Shown: in pieces, positions 25,001 to 33,707 of the stretch
How the letters are laid out: each line of letters begins with the position of its first letter
How positions within the stretch are numbered: the first letter of the stretch is position 1
Assembly: GCA_050613775.1 (NCBI GenBank)
Contig: JBODTK010000127.1
Location: 186,001 to 250,000 of the forward strand
Direction of reading: 5' to 3'
Origin: Neocallimastix sp. 'constans'
Taxonomy: Eukaryota
Length of the DNA: 64,000 bases
The notes under the pieces: model-generated
What the model saw: only the letters and a program-made list of their open reading frames with translations
Told to the model about the DNA's origin: nothing
Database searches by the model: none
Position numbers and translations under genes: made by a program

Positions 25001-26101
25001 TTTCAGAAGCGTATTATTATCCCTTCCAGTCTCAGGGCTAGACTTTTAAAGTCTTTCCATGATGCACCCACTAGTGGCCATCAGGGGGTAGATAGGACCT
25101 TTGAAAAACTCAGAAGGAACTACTGGTGGCCTAATATGAAAAAAGATATTTCAAATTATGTGGCTTCTTGTGATGTTTGTTGTAGAAATAAAATCCGTCG
25201 TCATAAACCTTATGGTAAACTAATACCACTTCCTACTCCTACAAAACCCTGGGAAGTTATTGGCGTCGATTTTATTGTTTCATTGCCTTCTTCACAAGAT
25301 TGCACTTGTATCATGGTTGTTTCTGATCATTTAACCAAAATGATTCATTTAGTACCCTGCTCCGATGTTCCTTCTGCCGACTTAACTGCCAAGCTCTTAC
25401 TTTTCCAAGTCTTTAAGTATCATGGTTTTCCTAAAGTGATTGTGTCTGATCATGGTTCCCAATTCTCTTCTCAATTTTGGACTTCGTTGTGCGATGCTAT
25501 TCGTGCTAAACCAAGACTTGCTACTGCTCACCACCAACAATCAAATGGTCAGGTTGAACGGGCTAATGCTGTAATAGAGCAATATCTTCGCTGCTATTGT
25601 TCTTCTGCTCAAAACGAATGGTGTTTCTACCTCCCTTTATGTGAAATGTCCTACAACAACTCCATTCACAAATCAATAGCTCAAACTCCTTTTCATGCTA
25701 ACTATGGATTTGACCCAAATTGTGTTATTGATTCACCACCGATTCTGCTAAAAGATAGTGCTTCTGTTCTTACTAGGGATTGGTCTTCACATTTCAATGC
25801 CCTTCGTCAACATCTAGTTAAAGCCAAAGAAGATTTTAAGAAATATGCTGACAATAAAAAATCTGTAGGACCTGACTTTAAGGTAAATGATTTGGTTATG
25901 CTTAGAAGATACTACTTTACGAATGAACCCTCTAGAAAATTATCCACTCAATATCTTGGACCTTTTAAAATCATCGAGAAAAGGGAAAGAATGAATTACC
26001 GTTTGGAACTTCCAGAGAACTTACATCTCCATCCGGTATTTCATATCTCACAATTGGAACCATATACTAAAAGAAATGAAGACTTAATGGAAACATCATA
26101 A
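22058..26101 (+). CDS. Gag-Pol polyprotein of D (Tf1/Tf2-like, no chromodomain)
   Basis: 1347 aa; LIDSGS, LPPHRDYD, YLDD, ETDASD, integrase ending in GPF...HPVFHISQLEPY. Confidence 0.95.
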   Translation: MDFNSNKQAISSSEVNNSYLHDENASKLITAIADFIPAFFSPNGVLQKENESNKLNILEILIQSEDFFKEHPNSFQKDELKSSFVINKLTGTARKWGLSLLTDGTLKNLEFSKFKKLLLDNFDIGNERKQKYVIMEKLWKLKQLQLGNVAEYTIEFRRLAGRLGWPDEVLIDIIGKGLLDKVREEFDKLEKPSTLFEATNIIIGIDKKCFLESRLRHNQKNKFNGKMSFHRKRNDLLKSEKNSKHSHFRKNKSKNDILSANYTPNIKTTITTTFYLDINGRNIKANLLIDSGSARSFICKNFANSNRLPVLGLNSQINIQLPNGKSMNIRQTTKPLKLKFMDHKETFEFCIANLSLQGINGILGRDWLSVHNPFIDYKNNRIYFLGRYCGSHCPSSKSNKFFNQNKNITASMLENSEEDSVLPNSAFDTDISDSDLCAAMINSEEVNTDVQGKEEIINKYYSDLKIVFEKKQAENLPPHRDYDIAIELIPGGQLYFGPIYSLTVQELKALKDYIKENLKKKFIRKSKSPAGAPILFVMKRDGTLRLCVDYRRLNAITIRNSYPIPRINDLIESFQGAKIFTRLDLRSAYNLIRVKEGHEYLTAFRTPLGHFEYLVMPFGLRNAPSVFQRFVQDIFSDIIGSFMQVYLDDIIIYSNNEEEHIKHVRIVLQLLINNGLYAKLEKCDFHVTKTTFLGFTVSVDGLTMDKDKVKSVLDWPIPKNQKELQSFLGLCNFYRKFINNFAKNMEPLRRLLRKNTTFNWDESANEAFNKLKESFKADEVLIFPNPEKEFIVETDASDFAVGCILSQVSDTDNLLHPVAFHSRSLNKAEVNYTIYDKELLAIITAFETWRHHLEGAKFPVQVITDHKNLLYFKKPQHLNQRQIRWSLFLSKFDYRIAFRSGAKSGKPDALSRRPDFKSDSSSESQPVINNNAFCCAINDNISSLIEAQKADNYCKNILLKIRDKSNNIKSSLFSFVDGVLHFQKRIIIPSSLRARLLKSFHDAPTSGHQGVDRTFEKLRRNYWWPNMKKDISNYVASCDVCCRNKIRRHKPYGKLIPLPTPTKPWEVIGVDFIVSLPSSQDCTCIMVVSDHLTKMIHLVPCSDVPSADLTAKLLLFQVFKYHGFPKVIVSDHGSQFSSQFWTSLCDAIRAKPRLATAHHQQSNGQVERANAVIEQYLRCYCSSAQNEWCFYLPLCEMSYNNSIHKSIAQTPFHANYGFDPNCVIDSPPILLKDSASVLTRDWSSHFNALRQHLVKAKEDFKKYADNKKSVGPDFKVNDLVMLRRYYFTNEPSRKLSTQYLGPFKIIEKRERMNYRLELPENLHLHPVFHISQLEPYTKRNEDLMETS

Positions 26102-27021
26102 TTAAACAGAGCAATGTAAGAATCTATAATTATTTGTTAGCAAATAATTATATTTTCTTAGTTAAGTTATTATAACTATAACTTTATTTAATTACATATA
26201 ATATTTATTAAATTTATTTAATTTAATTTTAAATATTCATTAATTTAACAAAATTTATTTAATAATTTTAAATAATATATTTACAATATGTTAAATTCTC
26301 TACTGTAACTAATGTATTTTGTATTGTATTTTATTCTGTATTTTATAATGTATTCTGTATTTTATAATGTATTCTGTATTTTATAATGTATTCTGTATTT
26401 TATTAACTATTTAATTTTATATTTTTAATATAAGGATAAATTATATGATCGAAATATCTTTTATTATTTTATTCTTTTATTTTCGATCATTAGATTAGAT
26501 TAGAAAATCGGTTAATTAAGATTTTTTCCAATTACTTTTTAGAAGTAATCGGTTTTACTTAATTAATGCGATGATCGATATGGATAGAATATCGATCGAA
26601 AACTTATCTAGGTTTTTCTATCTAATCTTTTCCTAGATAAGAGATTTGTTAAGATTAGAAAACCCTTTCTTATTTAATCTTATTTTCATAAAAAAATATA
26701 AATAAGGCTCTTGAGTTCTCTTTGAGAAATCAAGAGTTATTATTATAAAAAAACATAGTTATAATAGTAACATTTTTATATTTTTAACTTTAATAAATTA
26801 ATAAAAATATTTTATTCAAAAACATATTTTTAAGATCAATTTATACAAACAATTCTTCTCTTACATTTTGCGTTATTATTATAATTAATTTTATAATAAA
26901 CTCTACATTAAAGGTAAAAAAAATTTATTTTATTTTATTTTCTCAACTTAATGAATTAGTCGTTAAGTTGTAGTTAATAATTCTATTTTGAGTTAGTTCT
27001 TAATAGAATTATTACAAAGAG

Positions 27022-30000
27022 TGTAAAGAATTAAATTTAAACTTAATTAAATTTAACCCTTTTCTACAATTAATACTAATATTAATCGAGAAATTAAAAA
27101 AAAAGAAAATACTTAACGAAACTTAAAATAGGGTAGGAGTTTATTATAAGAGATTAGTTCAAATAAAATTTTTATTAAAATATTTTTTATTAAAAATAAT
27201 TTTTATTTAGATTTTGTTATTTTTAAAAAATTAAAAATTTATTTTGTTTATTATTATAATTATATTCTTATAATAATAACTCTTGATTTTCAAAATAAAG
27301 AAAATCAAGAATTATTTATAGTAAAGTTCCAAATCTTAATGAATAACTTTTTAGGAAAAGATTTGGGAGAAAAACCTAAAAAGTTTAATGATCAATTATT
27401 AATAAAATTGATCATATGTTAATTGAATAAAAACCGATATTTTCCAATCGGAAAACTTCAATTAACATTTGTTTTATTTAAACAATGTCAATTATACATG
27501 ACATTGTTTTATTTTAATTAATTTTTTAAATATTAATTATTCTTTTTTCATTTGATTTGTTACATTATGATTTTAATATAATTTTATAATTATTTCTAAA
27601 TTATAATTCTATAATTTATATTAGATTTGTTTAAAATTATATTAATGTAACAATTATTTAAATTAAAACTTAACATATAATTATCAAATGAATTTTAACA
27701 AATATAAAAAATATTAATGTTTAATTATTTTAATATTATTAATTAATACAATGATAAAGAATAATAATTTTACAATATTAATTTTAAATTATTAATAATA
27801 ATTTTATATTAAAAATATTTTATAATAAAGTTAATAAATTTTATTAAATAATTATTATTTTATTTAATAAAGATTAATAATTATTTTTTATTTTAATAAA
27901 GATTAATAATTATTTTTTATTTTAATAAAAATTAATTATTATTCTTTACATTGCACCCTTTAGGATGTGTTCCCATAATTGGAATGCTCTTTTAAATCTT
28001 GATTTCTTTCAACGTAGGGTTCCAATTGGGAGATGTGGAATATTGGATGTAAGTGTAAATTACTTGGAAGTTCCAACCGGTAATTCATGCGTTTTAATTT
28101 TTCCGTTATTCTGAATGGACCTAAGTATTGTGAAGCTAGCTTCTTCGCCGGCTCGTTGGTGAAATAATATCTTTTTAACCACACTTTATTGTTAATATTA
28201 AAATTTGGACCATGTTGTTTCTTGAGGTCATTATACTTTTTGAAATCTTCTTTAGCTTTGACCAGATGAGCTTGAAGAGATTGAAAATGGGCCGACCAGT
28301 CTCTTGTAAGAACTGAAGCATTATCCTTCAAAAGAATTGGAGGGGAATCAATAATACTATTTGGATTAAATCCAAAATTGGCATAGAAGGGAGAGACACC
28401 AATAGACTGATGGAGCGAATTATTATAGGCAAATTCACATAAAGGCAGGTAATAACACCATTCATTTTGTGCTGAAGAGCAGTAGCAGCGAAGATATTGT
28501 TCCACAACGGCATTTGCACGTTCAATTTGGCCATTAGACTGTTGGTGGTGAGCAGTGGCGAGATTAGGCTGAATATGCAAAGCAGAACAAAGAGAAGTCC
28601 AAAATTCCGAAGAAAATTGACTACCATGATCGGAAACGATCGTTTTAGGGAACCCGTGATATCTAAAAACGTTGAAAAGAAGAAGCTTAGCAGTAAGATC
28701 TGCTGAAGGAACATCCGAACAGGGAACCAAATGGATCATTTTGGTGAGGTGATCCGAAACAACCATGATACACGAGCAATCTTGAGAACTTGGCAATGAG
28801 ACAATAAAGTCAACACCGATAATCTCCCATGGTTTTTTAGGAACCGGGAGAGGAAGAAGTTTACCATAAGGCTTATGTCTTCTGGTTTTGCATCTTCCGC
28901 AAGTTTCACAAGATAGGATGTAGTTTTCAACATCCTTCCTCATGTTAGGCCACCAATAATAACGTTTTAATTTATCCATAGTTTTATGGATTCCTTGGTG
29001 ACCGCCTAAAGGGGAGTCATGAAAAGATTGTAAAATCTTTGTTCTAAGAAGAGATGGCACTATTATTCGTCCTTGGAAGTGTAGAACACCACGAATAAGA
29101 CTAAACAATGAGCTTTTGATTTCTTTTGATTTAGATTTTAGTTTGCTCATTGTTTCTTTGCAGAATTTGTCTTGTTTTTGTAAATCGATTAATTTATCAA
29201 TTTTTTCATAAGCTGTACAGCATATTGGGTTGTCATTGGGAATGGCACATGCTATTGGGAAATTATTTTCTTGATAATCCGGCCTTCTTGATAAGGAATC
29301 TGGCTTTCCACTTTTAGTTCCAGGTCTGTAGGAAATACGAAAATCAAATTTAGATAAGAAGAGACTCCATCGTATTTGTCGTTGATTTAAATGTTGTGGT
29401 TTCTTTAAGTACAACAAGTTTTTGTGGTCCGTTATAACTTGAATTGGATACTTCGCACCTTCTAAATGGTGCCTCCATACGTCAAAGGCTGTTATAACGG
29501 CAAGGAGTTCCTTATCATAAATTGTATAGTTCTTTTCATTCGAGTTAAGAGACCTTGAGTAGAACGCAATAGGATGAAGTAGCTGATCATTTTCTGAGAT
29601 TTGAGATAAGACACAACCAATAGCATAGTTGCTTGCGTCTGTTTCGACAATAAATTCTTTGTTATAGTCTGGAAAGATAAGGATTTCATTGGATAAAAAA
29701 GATTTTTTGAGATTTTTGAAAGCATTTTCGGCTTGATCATTCCAGATATATTCACTATTTTTCTTCAAAAGTATGCGGAGAGGTTCCATAATTTCGGCAA
29801 AATTTTTTATAAATCTTCGATAGAAATTACAAAGTCCAAGGAAACTTTGTAATTCCTTAACATTCTTAGGAGTTGGCCATTCAATTATCGATTTTACTTT
29901 ATTTTGATCCATTGTGAGGCCGTTAACCGAAATTGTAAATCCAAGGAAAGTTGTTTCTTTAACATGGAATTCGCATTTTTCTTTCTTAACATATAGGCCA

Positions 30001-32105
30001 TTTTTTATTAATAACGAAAGCACATTTTTAACATGAACGATATGATCTTCAAGATTATTTGAGTAAATAATTATATCATCCAAGTAAACTTGGACGTGAT
30101 CACCAATAAGTTCACCAAGGACATCTTGAATAAAATGCTGGAATACGGACGGAGCATTTCTTAATCCGAAGGGCATCACCAAGTATTCGAAATGGCCGAT
30201 GGGAGTTCTGAATGCTGTGAGATATTCATGGCCTTCTTTAACCCTAACAAGATTGTAGGCCGATCTTAGGTCTAACTTTGAAAATATTTTGGATCCCTTA
30301 AAGGCTTCAATCAAGTCATTAATTCTTGGTAGAGGATAGCTATTTCTAATAGTTACTGCGTTTAGCCTCCGATAATCAACACAAAGTCTGAGGGTTCCAT
30401 CTGGTTTTCTTACAAATAAAATTGGAGCACCAGCGGGTGATCTGGATTTTCTTATGAATCCTTTAATAATATTTTCTTTGATATAATCTTTAAGTGCACT
30501 CATTTCGACTTGTGACAATGAGTAAATTGGACCAAAATAGAGTTGACTTCCAGGGATAAGATCAATGGATATGTCGTATGGCCTATGTGGAGGCAATTTG
30601 TCAGCCTCCTGTTTTTTAAACACAAGAGTTAGATATTTGTAATATTTGTTAATTATTTTTTCTGTCCTTGAAAGTTCTTTTTTAATTTCGGGCATAGCTC
30701 CGCATATATCATTTTCGTAAAGTTCATCTTCTGAAATGGAAGAAGGAATTATTGAATCAGTAGTATCGTCAACCATTGGCGCGGCTACTTCAGAGGAATG
30801 AAAAACAAATTTGTTTCCTTTTGCTGAAGGACAATGATTACTACAGAAACATTCTAAGAAATATATCTTGTTATTTTTAAAATCGATATAAGGATTGTGC
30901 TTAGAAAGCCAATCTCTTCCGAGGATTCCACTAATTCCATTAAGCTGTAAGTTTCCCACAAGAAATTCATATTTCTCTTCGTGATCTAAGAATTTAATTT
31001 TTACTGGTTTTGTTACTTGCTTAATAGTCATACTCTTACTATTAGGCAATTGGATGTTTATGGGGGAAGTAAGTCCTGAAGTCGGGATCCTATTAGCAAT
31101 TATGAAGTTCTTACACATAAAGCTTTTGGCTGATCCAGAATCAATAAGAAAGTTTATTTTTTGTTTTCGTTCGTTTAAAAGAATTACAAACGTAGTAACC
31201 ATAGTAGTTGACTTGTCCGGAGTGTAGTTTGCAGAGAGGACTTCTTTCTTCTGTTTATTGTTAAATTTTGATTTAAAGAAGTTTTTATTACTTGTCTTAT
31301 TTAACTCATATTTCTTTCTTCCAAAAGTTTTACTTTTTCTTCTAGGATCTTCAGAGCTACAACCTCTTAAACTATTTTCGATGTAGCATTTCTTATCAAT
31401 GTTTATTATTATATTGGTTGCCTCAAATAAAGTCTTTGGGTTTTTTACTTTATCAAATTCATCTCTGACTTGATCTATTAGTCCCTTTCCAATAATATCT
31501 ATAAAGACACTATCTGGCCATCCCAGTCTTGAAGCAATTTTTCTAAATTCGATGGTATATTCTGCGGCTTTCCCCAACTTTTGTTGTTGTAAGTTTATAA
31601 GTTTATTTATAAGAATATATTTTTGTTTCTTTTCGTTTCCGGAGTCAAAATTTTCAAGTAAGAGATTTTTGAATTCTTCATACTTTAAAGTGCTCAGGGT
31701 ACCATCCACAAGCAAAGATAACCCCCATTTCTTTGCAAGTCCTCCTAACTTATTAATTACATAAGTATTTTTGGTTTCATCTGACAGGAAAGAATTTGGA
31801 TGGTCGGCAAAGAAATTTTCGCTCTGTATAATTGTTTCTAAAACACTTCCATTGTTCTTCTTCTCACTTTCCTTTAGTAGCATCCCTCCAGGTGAGAAAA
31901 AGGTAGGAACGAACTCTGTTATAGCCTCAATGAACTTAGAAGCATCCACATTTTTATTTATTTTGCTTATTTCTTCCTTTTGGTTCTCAGTAGTTTCCAT
32001 ATCTTATAATTATATATTTTTTTTTTTTTGAAATTAATTATTTATTAATTTATTTATCTAGATTCAAAATTATCTAAAATATATTGTTAGAGCAGTATAT
32101 TATAT

Positions 32106-32156
<51 letters not shown>

Positions 32157-33198
32157 TATTATTATTATAATTATTACTATTTTATCTATTATTATTACTA
32201 TTATTATTACTATTTCTATTATTATTATTACTATATATTTTTTTTTTTTTTATAAATAAGAGTTATTATTGTAAAGAATTAAATTTAAACTTAATTAAAT
32301 TTAACCCTTTTCTACAATTAATACTAATATTAATCGAGAAATTAAAAAAAAAGAAAATACTTAACGAAACTTAAAATAGGGTAGGAGTTTATTATAAGAG
32401 ATTAGTTCAAATAAAATTTTTATTAAAATATTTTTTATTAAAAATAATTTTTATTTAGATTTTGTTATTTTTAAAAAATTAAAAATTTATTTTGTTTATT
32501 ATTATAATTATATTCTTATAATAATAACTCTTGATTTTCAAAATAAAGAAAATCAAGAATTATTTATAGTAAAGTTCCAAATCTTAATGAATAACTTTTT
32601 AGGAAAAGATTTGGGAGAAAAACCTAAAAAGTTTAATGATCAATTATTAATAAAATTGATCATATGTTAATTGAATAAAAACCGATATTTTCCAATCGGA
32701 AAACTTCAATTAACATTTGTTTTATTTAAACAATGTCAATTATACATGACATTGTTTTATTTTAATTAATTTTTTAAATATTAATTATTCTTTTTTCATT
32801 TGATTTGTTACATTATGATTTTAATATAATTTTATAATTATTTCTAAATTATAATTCTATAATTTATATTAGATTTGTTTAAAATTATATTAATGTAACA
32901 ATTATTTAAATTAAAACTTAACATATAATTATCAAATGAATTTTAACAAATATAAAAAATATTAATGTTTAATTATTTTAATATTATTAATTAATACAAT
33001 GATAAAGAATAATAATTTTACAATATTAATTTTAAATTATTAATAATAATTTTATATTAAAAATATTTTATAATAAAGTTAATAAATTTTATTAAATAAT
33101 TATTATTTTATTTAATAAAGATTAATAATTATTTTTTATTTTAATAAAGATTAATAATTATTTTTTATTTTAATAAAAATTAATTATTATTCTTTACA
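27022..33198 (-). mobile_element. Full-length Tf1/sushi-like Gypsy element 'E' (self-priming)
   Basis: 929-bp LTRs at 27022-27950 and 32270-33198, apparently identical. TSD AAGAG. PBS at 32258-32269 complementary to an LTR-internal 12-mer. Confidence 0.95.
27960..32000 (-). CDS. Gag-Pol polyprotein of E
   Basis: 1346 aa, clearly homologous to the D polyprotein; DSG, YLDD, TDAS, integrase; no chromodomain. Confidence 0.95.
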   Translation of the reverse strand: METTENQKEEISKINKNVDASKFIEAITEFVPTFFSPGGMLLKESEKKNNGSVLETIIQSENFFADHPNSFLSDETKNTYVINKLGGLAKKWGLSLLVDGTLSTLKYEEFKNLLLENFDSGNEKKQKYILINKLINLQQQKLGKAAEYTIEFRKIASRLGWPDSVFIDIIGKGLIDQVRDEFDKVKNPKTLFEATNIIINIDKKCYIENSLRGCSSEDPRRKSKTFGRKKYELNKTSNKNFFKSKFNNKQKKEVLSANYTPDKSTTMVTTFVILLNERKQKINFLIDSGSAKSFMCKNFIIANRIPTSGLTSPINIQLPNSKSMTIKQVTKPVKIKFLDHEEKYEFLVGNLQLNGISGILGRDWLSKHNPYIDFKNNKIYFLECFCSNHCPSAKGNKFVFHSSEVAAPMVDDTTDSIIPSSISEDELYENDICGAMPEIKKELSRTEKIINKYYKYLTLVFKKQEADKLPPHRPYDISIDLIPGSQLYFGPIYSLSQVEMSALKDYIKENIIKGFIRKSRSPAGAPILFVRKPDGTLRLCVDYRRLNAVTIRNSYPLPRINDLIEAFKGSKIFSKLDLRSAYNLVRVKEGHEYLTAFRTPIGHFEYLVMPFGLRNAPSVFQHFIQDVLGELIGDHVQVYLDDIIIYSNNLEDHIVHVKNVLSLLIKNGLYVKKEKCEFHVKETTFLGFTISVNGLTMDQNKVKSIIEWPTPKNVKELQSFLGLCNFYRRFIKNFAEIMEPLRILLKKNSEYIWNDQAENAFKNLKKSFLSNEILIFPDYNKEFIVETDASNYAIGCVLSQISENDQLLHPIAFYSRSLNSNEKNYTIYDKELLAVITAFDVWRHHLEGAKYPIQVITDHKNLLYLKKPQHLNQRQIRWSLFLSKFDFRISYRPGTKSGKPDSLSRRPDYQENNFPIACAIPNDNPICCTAYEKIDKLIDLQKQDKFCKETMSKLKSKSKEIKSSLFSLIRGVLHFQGRIIVPSLLRTKILQSFHDSPLGGHQGIHKTMDKLKRYYWWPNMRKDVENYILSCETCGRCKTRRHKPYGKLLPLPVPKKPWEIIGVDFIVSLPSSQDCSCIMVVSDHLTKMIHLVPCSDVPSADLTAKLLLFNVFRYHGFPKTIVSDHGSQFSSEFWTSLCSALHIQPNLATAHHQQSNGQIERANAVVEQYLRCYCSSAQNEWCYYLPLCEFAYNNSLHQSIGVSPFYANFGFNPNSIIDSPPILLKDNASVLTRDWSAHFQSLQAHLVKAKEDFKKYNDLKKQHGPNFNINNKVWLKRYYFTNEPAKKLASQYLGPFRITEKLKRMNYRLELPSNLHLHPIFHISQLEPYVERNQDLKEHSNYGNTS

Positions 33199-33214
33199 AA
33201 GAGTTAGTAAAATT

Positions 33215-33303
33215 GTTATTGTAGCCTGGTGGTAATACAACATGACAATGAAGCCGAACTTCTTAGGTTCGACTCACACCCTTTCCCAATCTAAATTATT
33301 TTT
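33215..33303 (+). promoter_or_regulatory. tRNA-like RNA polymerase III internal promoter (A-box/B-box-like) without a cloverleaf
   Basis: TAGCCTGGTGG at 33222 and GGTTCGACTCA at 33266 (44-nt offset, as T8 to G52 in tRNA); T5 run at 33299-33303. Acceptor and T stems do not pair. Confidence 0.45.
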
Positions 33304-33707
33304 AGTTAATTAATTAAATTATTGTAGAAAGTTCTAGAGTTTCTTTGGTTAATATTATATAACTAAATGAAACAAGAAAGTTCTATTTTAATGATTATTT
33401 TATCATTTTTCTATAAGATTCATTTTCTAGAAAGAAAACTTAATTTTTCGAACTTTCGTTAATATTAACTTTTTCCGAAACTGTTTTTCCGAAAAAGTAT
33501 AAATAAGCGTGAATTTCTCAACAAAAAATAATTTTTCTTTGTGCTTTTATTAACTAGTTAAAAGTAATTCGAAATATTACAATAACTAATTAATAATAAA
33601 AAATAATAATAAATTTTATATTTTAATAAAAAATATTAATAAAACAAATTTTTTTTAAGAAAACGAATTACTTATTAGTGTAGACCTATTGGGTGTAAAC
33701 CGTTACA
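33220..33707. mobile_element. Possible solo LTR or SINE-like unit (TGTA...TACA)
   Basis: TGTA/TACA ends, internal palindromes and TATAAATAAG at ~33498. Its right end abuts the truncated pol frame of F. Flanks do not form a TSD. Confidence 0.4.

Larger units (their letters stand above)
19822..27016 (+). mobile_element. Full-length Tf1/sushi-like Gypsy element 'D' (self-priming)
   Basis: 902-bp LTRs at 19822-20723 and 26115-27016 (TGTAA...TTACA), apparently identical. TSD AAGAG. Single gag-pol ORF. Confidence 0.95.

Noticed and set aside
33199..33206. Target AAGAGTTA matches the first 8 nt of the D/E self-primer, suggesting RNA-guided targeting
   Set aside because: The related D2 element inserted at CACGA, and tRNA-primed elements use the same site; probably coincidence.
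33215..33290. Functional tRNA gene
   Set aside because: Acceptor, anticodon and T stems do not pair; kept only as a promoter-like signal.
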